Virus record (IMG/VR): IMGVR_UViG_3300017700_000449
Coordinates: 6,470 to 70,469 of that record
From: a virus
Taxonomy: Duplodnaviria; Caudoviricetes
Strand: one strand, 5' to 3'
DNA length: 64,000 bases
Part shown: positions 8,949-15,974 of the stretch, piece after piece
Layout of the letters: each line of letters begins with the position of its first letter
Position numbering within the stretch: position 1 is the first letter of the stretch
Notes under the pieces: generated by a model
Databases searched by the model: none
What the model saw: only the letters and a program-made list of their open reading frames with translations
Told to the model about the DNA's origin: nothing
Made by a program: the position numbers and the translations under genes

Positions 8949-9146
8949 TCAACCGGCCTTGATGGCCTCGAACGCGCGCTCGAGGAAAGCCTCGCGGGCT
9001 GGCTCGGTCAGGTCTTCCCACCGCTGTCGCACGAAGGGAGGGAACGTCGCGTCCATCTCGGCGTGCAGCCGCTTGGCGTCCTGCACGATGTCGGACCACG
9101 CTTCGGCGTGCAGGTTTCCGACCTCGAACAGATCCCGCGCGGTCAT
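8949..9146 (-). CDS. hypothetical protein (65 aa)
   Basis: ATGA overlap with the upstream gene. Confidence 0.6.
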   Translation of the reverse strand: MTARDLFEVGNLHAEAWSDIVQDAKRLHAEMDATFPPFVRQRWEDLTEPAREAFLERAFEAIKAG

Positions 9147-9418
9147 CGCTTGGCGAACCGACCCGCAACCATTTTGGCGAGCGCCTCGACCACACCGTTG
9201 TCCTTGAACTTGGTGAGGTCTGGCATCTCATCGGCATCCGGGTTGTCCAGCAGGTCTGCCGCCGTCATCAGCGCCGCGGCCACGATGCAGACCTTCATCT
9301 TCTCGCCGTCGAGGCTTCCCAGGCGTTCGGTCGCGCCGGCGATGAACAGCTCGGCCAGAGCCTGCACGTCCTCCCGGAAGACCGCGACCTCGTAGTTTAG
9401 GGGTTCGTTAACCGGCAT
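9143..9418 (-). CDS. hypothetical protein (91 aa)
   Basis: AGGA SD, coding-like. Confidence 0.6.
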   Translation of the reverse strand: MPVNEPLNYEVAVFREDVQALAELFIAGATERLGSLDGEKMKVCIVAAALMTAADLLDNPDADEMPDLTKFKDNGVVEALAKMVAGRFAKR

Positions 9419-9646
9419 CGCGCATCCTGACTTCCGTTCGACCTGCCTGACTTAGACACCAAAAACGGAAGCGGTGAAATGGATCTGAAATTAATTCCTC
9501 GACTTTGGTGCCGCTGCGGGGCTCCGCGCCTCCCCTGTGGCTGCTGCCATGCCGGGTGCGCATGCCCCGACCACGCGCCGCACGAAAATAATTTTGAAAA
9601 AAGTGCGCAGCGGGCATGGACAGGCGCACTGACCCGCAGCATCAAA

Positions 9647-9662
9647 CCTATACGCTGAGTTT
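9647..9662 (-). promoter_or_regulatory. 16-bp recurring motif AAACTCAGCGTATAGG
   Basis: Matches copies at 136..151, 22095..22110 and 28481..28496; lies in a divergent intergenic region. Confidence 0.5.
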
Positions 9663-9682
9663 ACCCCATGAAGGAGGACGAG

Positions 9683-9823
9683 ATGTTCGCTCACACCAAG
9701 TTGTCGCCGACCTTCTTCACGGTCCGCCGCTTCTGCCTTCACGCCCTGTTCTGGACCCTCGCGTTCGCCGGGTCTGGCGCCCTGATCGTCGTCCTGTTCC
9801 TCGCCTACCTCGGAGTGATCTGA
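9683..9823 (+). CDS. small membrane protein (46 aa)
   Basis: Strong AAGGAGG SD; hydrophobic ALFWTLAFAGSGALIVVLFLAYLGVI; TGATG coupling. Confidence 0.65.
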   Translation: MFAHTKLSPTFFTVRRFCLHALFWTLAFAGSGALIVVLFLAYLGVI

Positions 9824-9909
9824 TGAAAAAGTTTCTGCAAAGCGACGAAGCCCTGTCGCTCGTCGTCGCCCTGGGCGGCGTTTTCTTCTTCGTGACGGTG
9901 ATCCTGTGA
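9823..9909 (+). CDS. membrane mini-protein (28 aa)
   Basis: MKKFLQSDEALSLVVALGGVFFFVTVIL; coupled at both ends (TGATG, GTGA). Confidence 0.55.
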   Translation: MKKFLQSDEALSLVVALGGVFFFVTVIL

Positions 9910-10142
9910 CCAGCAAAAAGCCTCCTGTCTCGTTCCGCCTGACGCTGAAGCGCGACGCCGTCATCGCCCTCGCCAAAGCGCCGAAGAAGCCGTTCATCTT
10001 CATGCCGATGATCGCCCGCCCGGACGGCGGGGCCGACGTCGCCGTGAGCATCAGCATCGCCGACCAGCTCATGACCGCTGCGAGGCCGCGCGAGAACCTG
10101 TCCGACACGGTGCTGCGCATCCTGTCCCTGACGAAAGCCTGA
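9906..10142 (+). CDS. hypothetical protein (78 aa)
   Basis: GTGA overlap, coding-like. Confidence 0.6.
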   Translation: MTSKKPPVSFRLTLKRDAVIALAKAPKKPFIFMPMIARPDGGADVAVSISIADQLMTAARPRENLSDTVLRILSLTKA

Positions 10143-10147
10143 GCGAG

Positions 10148-10372
10148 ATGGTCGACGTCTGCCACACATGGTTTCCCTACGGCTCGATGCCCTACATCAG
10201 CCTTCAGGGTTACACCTGCGCGACGGTGCGCACCGAGGCCTCTCCGAACGGTCGCTTCATGTGGCAGTTCCGCAAGGTCGTCGGGTACTGCGACACGGTC
10301 GAGGAGGCGAAGGACATGGTCGAGTCCGGCGCCGAGTTCTTCCAGACCTTCCGACGCAACCCTTGGGGCTGA
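10148..10372 (+). CDS. hypothetical protein (74 aa)
   Basis: In operon, coding-like. Confidence 0.6.
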   Translation: MVDVCHTWFPYGSMPYISLQGYTCATVRTEASPNGRFMWQFRKVVGYCDTVEEAKDMVESGAEFFQTFRRNPWG

Positions 10373-10376
10373 CGCC

Positions 10377-10718
10377 ATGCTGATCGACCTGTTCCTGTTC
10401 AACCCGCTCGCCGCCATGTTCGCTTCGACGCCCGCGCTGGCGCTGGTCGCATGGGTTCTGTCGAGCCGGCGTCGCCGCACCATCCTCGCGTGCCTGCTGA
10501 TCCTGTCGCCCGGCACGCCCCTGTTTCTGGCCTCGTTCGTCCTGACCGTGGCCCGTCTTCTGGTCTGGTGGCTGACCAGGAAGATGCCGAACGCAGCCGC
10601 CATGTCCCGAGCCTTGGTCAGGCTCGAGAACGAGATCAACAAGGAGGTCACCACCCATGAACCAGATCAGCACGATCGCTCGAAAGTTCTGCGCTTTCCA
10701 CAACGAAGGCCTGTCTAA
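10377..10718 (+). CDS. hypothetical membrane protein
   Basis: Two hydrophobic segments; 3' end overlaps the next gene by 62 bp. Confidence 0.5.
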   Translation: MLIDLFLFNPLAAMFASTPALALVAWVLSSRRRRTILACLLILSPGTPLFLASFVLTVARLLVWWLTRKMPNAAAMSRALVRLENEINKEVTTHEPDQHDRSKVLRFPQRRPV

Positions 10719-11238
10719 GGGACAGCGCATGATGATCGAGGACGGTATGCCCGCCGCCCTCATCCTGACGGACGAACAGCGCCGGGCAGCGCGCAACCTC
10801 ACCACCGCACTAACCCCACCCGTCGAGACCGTGAAACAGCGGCTCGCGCCACCGGAGACCGAAGAAATGAAGAAGCTCGCCGCCGCCGCCAAGAAGGCCG
10901 CAACGAAGAAGAACATCCACATCCCGAAAAAGCCGAAGAAGACCGCCGTCCAGGCGCGTCGCGCGGTCGCGCCGAAGGTTTCGTCGCCTAAGAACGCGAA
11001 GACCGCAGCCCGCACGAAGGTTCAGGCCGCGCAGGCCGGCGTCCGGATCTCGGGCAAGGACATCGGCGACGCGACCTGTGTGGCCGGCGGGATCACGATG
11101 GCGGATCTCGTCAAGCGTTTCGGGATCGAGGCCCACCCGATGCGCGCGAAGATCCACTACGCGAAGCACAAGCTCGGCTACGTGATCGAGCACAGGGACG
11201 GCGCCTACCACGGCACGGCTCCGAAGGTGGGGGGCTGA
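10657..11238 (+). CDS. Lys/Ala-rich protein with C-terminal HTH-like domain (DUF3489-like, tentative)
   Basis: AAGGAGG SD; KK/AK-rich linker; GITMADLVKRFGIEAHPMRAKI..KHKLG. Confidence 0.55.
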   Translation: MNQISTIARKFCAFHNEGLSKGQRMMIEDGMPAALILTDEQRRAARNLTTALTPPVETVKQRLAPPETEEMKKLAAAAKKAATKKNIHIPKKPKKTAVQARRAVAPKVSSPKNAKTAARTKVQAAQAGVRISGKDIGDATCVAGGITMADLVKRFGIEAHPMRAKIHYAKHKLGYVIEHRDGAYHGTAPKVGG

Positions 11239-11242
11239 ACCG

Positions 11243-11527
11243 ATGGGAGCGAACTTTTGCGACTACGTTTTCACCGCCGCCAACCTGAATGAAGCGACCG
11301 AGAAAGCCCTCAAGCATCAGGAAGCTGAATGCTACGAGAACGGGCACGGCACCTACGGCGGGCACCTCGGGACGGTCAAAGGCGTCGACCCTGTCACCGA
11401 CCGGCGTTTCGCGTCTGTCGACCTCGCGCGTGCCTACGCCGAGGAAGCTCACGGCAAATGGAGCGAGCCTCTGCTGATGCGGTGCGACGGCGACACATGG
11501 GTCCTCGCTGGACACATGCCGTCATGA
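11243..11527 (+). CDS. hypothetical protein (94 aa)
   Basis: ATGA overlap with the deaminase; YENGHGTYGG pattern. Confidence 0.65.
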   Translation: MGANFCDYVFTAANLNEATEKALKHQEAECYENGHGTYGGHLGTVKGVDPVTDRRFASVDLARAYAEEAHGKWSEPLLMRCDGDTWVLAGHMPS

Positions 11528-11979
11528 GCGGAGCCCCCTTCGACATGACTTGGATGCAGTTCGCGGCAGCCGCCGCGAGCTCGTCCGACCCCGGCCGCAA
11601 GGTCGGCTCCGTCATCGTGAACGAGTTCGACGAATGCCTCGGGACGGGCTGGACGGGCGTTCAGCACGAGCTGGGCGTCCAAGCCCTGTCCCACCGTCTC
11701 GCCCGGCCGGAGAGGTATCTCTGGTCCGAGCACGCCGAGAGACGGGCCATAGGGGAGGCCGCGTCGAAAGGGTTCGCCACCGCGGGCGCGACGATCTACG
11801 TGACGTGGTTCCCCTGCATGGACTGCGCGCGGATGATCGTCGGGTGCCGGATGAAGGAGCTGGTCTACGGACGAGAGCCGGACCTGTCCGACCCCAAGTT
11901 CGGGGAGGACTTCAAGCGCGTGAAGCCCCTGCTGACCGAGGCAGGGATCAAGTTCAGGTGCGAGCCGTGCCCGGAGTGA
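11524..11979 (+). CDS. dCMP deaminase-like (cytidine/deoxycytidylate deaminase family)
   Basis: S.DP..KVG..IV, HAE and PCMDC zinc motifs. Confidence 0.9.
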   Translation: MSGAPFDMTWMQFAAAAASSSDPGRKVGSVIVNEFDECLGTGWTGVQHELGVQALSHRLARPERYLWSEHAERRAIGEAASKGFATAGATIYVTWFPCMDCARMIVGCRMKELVYGREPDLSDPKFGEDFKRVKPLLTEAGIKFRCEPCPE

Positions 11980-12419
11980 AGCCGCTCGTCATCGGCCAAG
12001 CGCCGAGCAGCTCGTCGAACCCCGACTGGCCGCTGTCCGGTAGATCCGGGCGGCGGCTGGCCGCGCTGTGCGGCGTCGAGGAGGCCGACTTCCTGGACGC
12101 GTTCGACAGGGTGAACCTGATCCCCACGTTCCCGGGGAAAGCGGGGAAGGGCGACGCCTTCCTCATCGATGAAGCGCGCCGATCGGCTCAGATCGTTCGG
12201 CACATGCGCCCGCGCTCGGTCATCCTGCTCGGCGACAACGTGAGGCGCGCGTTCGACGTCGTCGAGGGCGCGCCACTGTTCAGGTGGTTCAGGCTGGGAC
12301 CGCACCGCGCCGCGATCGCGCCGCACCCTTCAGGGGTTTCTCGATGGTGGAACGAGGAGGAGAACGTGTCGCGCGCGCAGGCTTTTTGGCGCGTGCTGGC
12401 AACAGGATCTCGTCCCTGA
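11976..12419 (+). CDS. uracil-DNA glycosylase-superfamily protein
   Basis: VIGQAP motif 1, ILLG, HPSG..RWWN motif 2; GTGA-coupled to the deaminase. Confidence 0.72.
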   Translation: MKPLVIGQAPSSSSNPDWPLSGRSGRRLAALCGVEEADFLDAFDRVNLIPTFPGKAGKGDAFLIDEARRSAQIVRHMRPRSVILLGDNVRRAFDVVEGAPLFRWFRLGPHRAAIAPHPSGVSRWWNEEENVSRAQAFWRVLATGSRP

Positions 12420-13743
12420 TCGCCTCGGCGATGTGCTTCATCATCACCGGAGGGACGGAGTTTCCGAGCCGCTCCCACTGCTGCGCGTAGGACCCTTTCA
12501 GCACGAAGTCGGGCGGGAACGCGCAGATCTGCTTCAGCTCGTCGATCGTGAACCGGCGCTTGCTGGTCACGCCCTCGCCGTTGCGAGTGTAGATCTCGCC
12601 GGGAGGGTTCAGCCCGTTGCCCGAGCTGGGCCCGGTACCGATGGTCGCCGCGGGCTCGTCCGGCGACGACACCACCACGTTCCCGAACCCGCCTCGACCT
12701 CCGACCCCGGTGATGGTCTCGACGCTCAGATCTCCCGGCCTGTTCTTTACGGTCGGGCTCGGCTTGTCGGTGACGTCGCCCTGAGAGGTGAACTTTCCGT
12801 TCGTCTCGTGCACGACCTTGTAGTGGTGCGAAGCGTTGCCGCCCTTGCCGACCGTGATCGTGGGACAGGGCTTGTCGGTCACGTCGCGGGCGCCGGCGAA
12901 CGTCCCGGAGCCGCCGGTGTCGTGGATCACCTTGGGCCCGTCTTTGACCATGATGTGGTGCGGCGTGGTGACGATCGTGGCGCTCGGCCGGTCGATCATT
13001 TCGCCGGCTGATTTGAAAGCTCCCTGCATGTCGTGAACGGCGCTCGACAAGTGCGGAAGCGCATCCCTGACGCTGTAGCGGTAGGGCAGAGGAACGGGGA
13101 ACACGGGTTCGCCGGGGATGTCGTCGCGCACGCCCACGAAGATGATGCGCTGCCTCGCCTGCGGCACGCCGAGCCACTGAGCATCAAGCAGTTGCGCCTG
13201 GACCCGGTACCCGACCTTCAGGCGCTTCAGGATCTCGAGGAAGTAGCCTTTGGCCGCGCCCTTCACTAGGCCCGACACGTTCTCCGCCACGAACACCCTC
13301 GGCATCAGCTCGTCGCGCAGCCGGCAGTACTCGAAGAACAGATCCTCGTTCTTCTGCGCGGCGCCGTGCTCGTAGTGCTTGTCCTTCCCCCATCCCTTCT
13401 CGCGCTGTCCCGCGGTTGAAAAGGCCTGGCAGGGAGGCGAGCCGTCGAACACGTCGAGCTCGCCCGGCTTCAGCTTCACCTGCTTCAGGATCTCTGCGCC
13501 TTTGAGCAGCTTGATGTCGCGCCCGTCGATCTGCGTGTAGTCCGCCTTGTTCGCGGCGTAGCTTTCCTGCGCGACCGGCACGAACTCGTTGGCGAGGAGG
13601 ACTCGGTACCCAGCCATCCGGTACCCGGTCGAGCTGCCCCCTGCACCGGCGAACGTCGAGACGACGGTCAGGCCGTTCCACGGGATCTCGCGGATCTCGC
13701 TCAGGAGCGGGACCCGGTAGGGCGGCTTGGCAGGATCGGTCAC
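12289..13743 (-). CDS. dcm: DNA (cytosine-5) methyltransferase with expanded variable region
   Basis: Motifs FAGAGG, GSPPCQAFS, ENVSG, PQARQRIIFVG, RLGNSVPP; GTG start overlaps the ParB stop. Confidence 0.92.
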   Translation of the reverse strand: MTDPAKPPYRVPLLSEIREIPWNGLTVVSTFAGAGGSSTGYRMAGYRVLLANEFVPVAQESYAANKADYTQIDGRDIKLLKGAEILKQVKLKPGELDVFDGSPPCQAFSTAGQREKGWGKDKHYEHGAAQKNEDLFFEYCRLRDELMPRVFVAENVSGLVKGAAKGYFLEILKRLKVGYRVQAQLLDAQWLGVPQARQRIIFVGVRDDIPGEPVFPVPLPYRYSVRDALPHLSSAVHDMQGAFKSAGEMIDRPSATIVTTPHHIMVKDGPKVIHDTGGSGTFAGARDVTDKPCPTITVGKGGNASHHYKVVHETNGKFTSQGDVTDKPSPTVKNRPGDLSVETITGVGGRGGFGNVVVSSPDEPAATIGTGPSSGNGLNPPGEIYTRNGEGVTSKRRFTIDELKQICAFPPDFVLKGSYAQQWERLGNSVPPVMMKHIAEAIRDEILLPARAKKPARATRSPPRSTIEKPLKGAARSRRGAVPA

Positions 13744-14339
13744 GACTTCTTGCCTTTCTTCGATGCGCGCGGCGCCTTCGGCTCCGGCTCCTTCGGCGGC
13801 GACGACGAGCCGCTCCAGCGATAGCTGCACTTCGGACACTGATGCTCGGTCGGGATGTCCTCGCCGTACGACTGGAAGCCCGTCGGCGGCGCCGGCGTCG
13901 TGGTCGTCATGTAGGAGACCAGCGAGGCCTGGTCGAACCCGGTCAGCGACAGCGGATACTCCAGGCGCTTCAGTTCGCCCAACTCCAGCTTCAGGAGATC
14001 CTTGTCCCACCCGGCCAGCGCGCTCGCCTGGTTGTCGGCGATCACCATCGCGCGCTTCTGCGACTCGGTCAGGCCGGGGCGGACGATCGTCGGGATCTGC
14101 GCGTAGCCGAGCTTTTTCATCGCCATCACGCGACCGTGGCCGGCGAGGATCATCCCGTTCTCGTCGACCAACGCCGGCTGCGTGAAGCCGAACTCCTTGA
14201 TCATCGAGGCGAGGACGTCGACCTGGTCGGGCGTGTGCGTGCGGGGGTTGCGCGGGTACGGCTTCAGGTCGTCGACCTTGCGCATGACGATCTTGTTCGC
14301 GGTGAAGCTGTCGGTAGTCGTCGCTGGCTGTCTGGCCAT
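13740..14339 (-). CDS. ParB/Srx N-terminal domain protein with C-terminal CxxC zinc ribbon
   Basis: LKPYPRNPRTH..IKEFGF..LAGHGR; HQCPKCSYRW. Confidence 0.85.
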   Translation of the reverse strand: MARQPATTTDSFTANKIVMRKVDDLKPYPRNPRTHTPDQVDVLASMIKEFGFTQPALVDENGMILAGHGRVMAMKKLGYAQIPTIVRPGLTESQKRAMVIADNQASALAGWDKDLLKLELGELKRLEYPLSLTGFDQASLVSYMTTTTPAPPTGFQSYGEDIPTEHQCPKCSYRWSGSSSPPKEPEPKAPRASKKGKKS

Positions 14340-14400
14340 GTGCTGCCTCGGTTGGGGTTGACCTGCGATCGGTCGTAGCCGGGCGGCGGCGCGCTGTCTA

Positions 14401-14534
14401 CCTGAGACCGTCGTACATCCGGACGTCTCAGGCGCCAGCCTCAAAACGACAACGACGCCCGACCGAAGTCGAGCGCCGAAGGGTCGTCCCATCCGTTCAC
14501 AAGGAGGAGCGGGAAGCGCCATGAAACTTCCCGC
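14401..14534 (-). ncRNA. candidate structured 5' leader RNA
   Basis: Three stems: 14509..14534, a cUUCGg hairpin at 14460..14471 within a larger stem, and 14401..14432; downstream of a promoter match. Confidence 0.35.
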
Positions 14535-14541
14535 CGAGACC

Positions 14542-14572
14542 GATGTAGCACGAGAGGGACGATCGGGGTCAA
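14542..14572 (-). promoter_or_regulatory. sigma70-type promoter
   Basis: TTGACC-N17-GCTACATC matches the Caulobacter-type housekeeping consensus (TTGAC...GCTANAWC). Confidence 0.55.
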
Positions 14573-14583
14573 CATAAATCGCG

Positions 14584-14680
14584 GTGACGCGGAACAGTGA
14601 CGCGACCGGTGACGCCGATCAGGCGGTGACGCGAAAACGACTAAGTGTCTGTTTTATCAAACAACGTCGGCGCGTCACCG
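14584..14680. repeat. GTGACGC iteron-like cluster 1
   Basis: Direct copies at 14584, 14597, 14609 and 14626; inverted copy at 14672..14679. Confidence 0.7.
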
Positions 14681-15048
14681 TTTTTATTCAGCCGTCGCTC
14701 TTTGATGCCGGCGGCTTTCATGGGCGCGTCGTAACGAAGGTGGCAGCCTTGGCAGCCGTGCAGCAGGTTCTCGTCCCGACAGTCTTCCGGCGTGTGGTTG
14801 AGGTGCATCACGGTCAGCACAACCCTGTAATGGCCGGACCTCGACTTGGTGTTGTGGATCAACTGACCGTTCACCCTTTCGCAGCGAGGCGCTTCATCGC
14901 CCGGAGCCAGCTCCTGCCGGCGATTGTGAACGCGTCCGCACTGCCCGGTGCACTCGCATCTGTTGCCGGACCGTTCCCGGATGCGCGGCACCACCTCGGT
15001 CTTCCAGTTGGCCGGGTACCGCGCGCGGTTTTCTGGTCGGATCGGCAT
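14641..15048 (-). CDS. HNH-like protein
   Basis: MPIRPENRARYP..RSGNRCEC..VLTVMHLNH..DENL..CQGCHLRYD. Confidence 0.75.
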   Translation of the reverse strand: MPIRPENRARYPANWKTEVVPRIRERSGNRCECTGQCGRVHNRRQELAPGDEAPRCERVNGQLIHNTKSRSGHYRVVLTVMHLNHTPEDCRDENLLHGCQGCHLRYDAPMKAAGIKERRLNKNGDAPTLFDKTDT

Positions 15049-15148
15049 CAGGCCTCCTGGGCGTCCCTGTTAGCGGTGACGGCCCTGACGTAGGCGCCGG
15101 CGTTCGCGTGGGCGGTGACCACCCAGGTCGCCTCGTGGACCTTCCCTG

Positions 15149-15505
15149 TCAGCCCCACAGGACCAGAGCGAGAACGTGGGGATCGATCCCGAACGAGCGC
15201 CAGAACTCCATCTCGTCCATGGTGTGCTGCTCGGCGTGGTGTGCTTGGCAGAGCGGGAGCGCCCACCTGTCGTCCGGCTTCTGCTGCATGCCCGGGAGCG
15301 GCTCTTTGCCGTGCAGGGCGCTGCCGGCGCGCAGGTGCGCCGCCTGGATGTCGCTCGCGAAGAACGAGCCTTTGGCGTCGCCCGTCGCGCAGCACGGACA
15401 GATCAGCTTGCGCAGGAACGCAAGATGGGCGGGTTTCTCCTCGCGCGGGGTCTTGAACGGCTTCAGGCGGCTTTCCCAGCCTCCCTCGGGGACGATGCGG
15501 GCCAT
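15149..15505 (-). CDS. DUF968-like / HNH-type zinc protein
   Basis: HLAFLRKLICPCC..AAH..KPDDRWALPLC..HH..QH..FW. Confidence 0.72.
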   Translation of the reverse strand: MARIVPEGGWESRLKPFKTPREEKPAHLAFLRKLICPCCATGDAKGSFFASDIQAAHLRAGSALHGKEPLPGMQQKPDDRWALPLCQAHHAEQHTMDEMEFWRSFGIDPHVLALVLWG

Positions 15506-15705
15506 CAGATAGTCACCTCGCGAAGAACGTCTATCACCTCGGCAAAATGGTGCCCGTCCTCGCTGCGCAGCCCGACGAAGTCCCACGTAGCGACGCCGTC
15601 GCCGTCACCTGAAAACCCGGTGAACCGCGCCGGCTGCCATTCGGGTTGCGCCCCTTCGACGCTCACAAACACCCAGTAGTAGGAACCCTTTTTCTTTTCA
15701 GACAT
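15505..15705 (-). CDS. hypothetical protein (66 aa)
   Basis: TGATG coupling at both ends. Confidence 0.55.
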   Translation of the reverse strand: MSEKKKGSYYWVFVSVEGAQPEWQPARFTGFSGDGDGVATWDFVGLRSEDGHHFAEVIDVLREVTI

Positions 15706-15965
15706 CACGACCTCCCCTTGCAGTTCATGGCGATCGATCGCGGGTCGTCCGCTCTGCCGGCCACCGTGACGAGCGCAGTGAACCTGCAGTCGTCGCAGAC
15801 CACGGAGTAGGTGCCGACGCCGGGCGCCGGGTAGGGAAGACCGAAGCCGCAGTACGGTTTCGCCTTGTCCTCGACGACGGACAGGTCGACGCCTCGCGGA
15901 TGGCGCGGGTCGGCGGGGTTCTGCGCTTTCCGGCCGCTGTCGTTGAACTTCACGGTGATGGTCAT
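15705..15965 (-). CDS. hypothetical Cys-containing protein (86 aa)
   Basis: GGAGG SD; coupled to the downstream gene. Confidence 0.6.
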   Translation of the reverse strand: MTITVKFNDSGRKAQNPADPRHPRGVDLSVVEDKAKPYCGFGLPYPAPGVGTYSVVCDDCRFTALVTVAGRADDPRSIAMNCKGRS

Positions 15966-15974
15966 GATGCCTCC

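Noticed and set aside
14521-14577. Plus-strand mini-ORF MKLPAETDVAREGRSGST with AAGGAGG upstream
   Set aside because: SD is 13 nt from the ATG, it is antisense to the operon and has no promoter support; better explained as the complement of the leader hairpin
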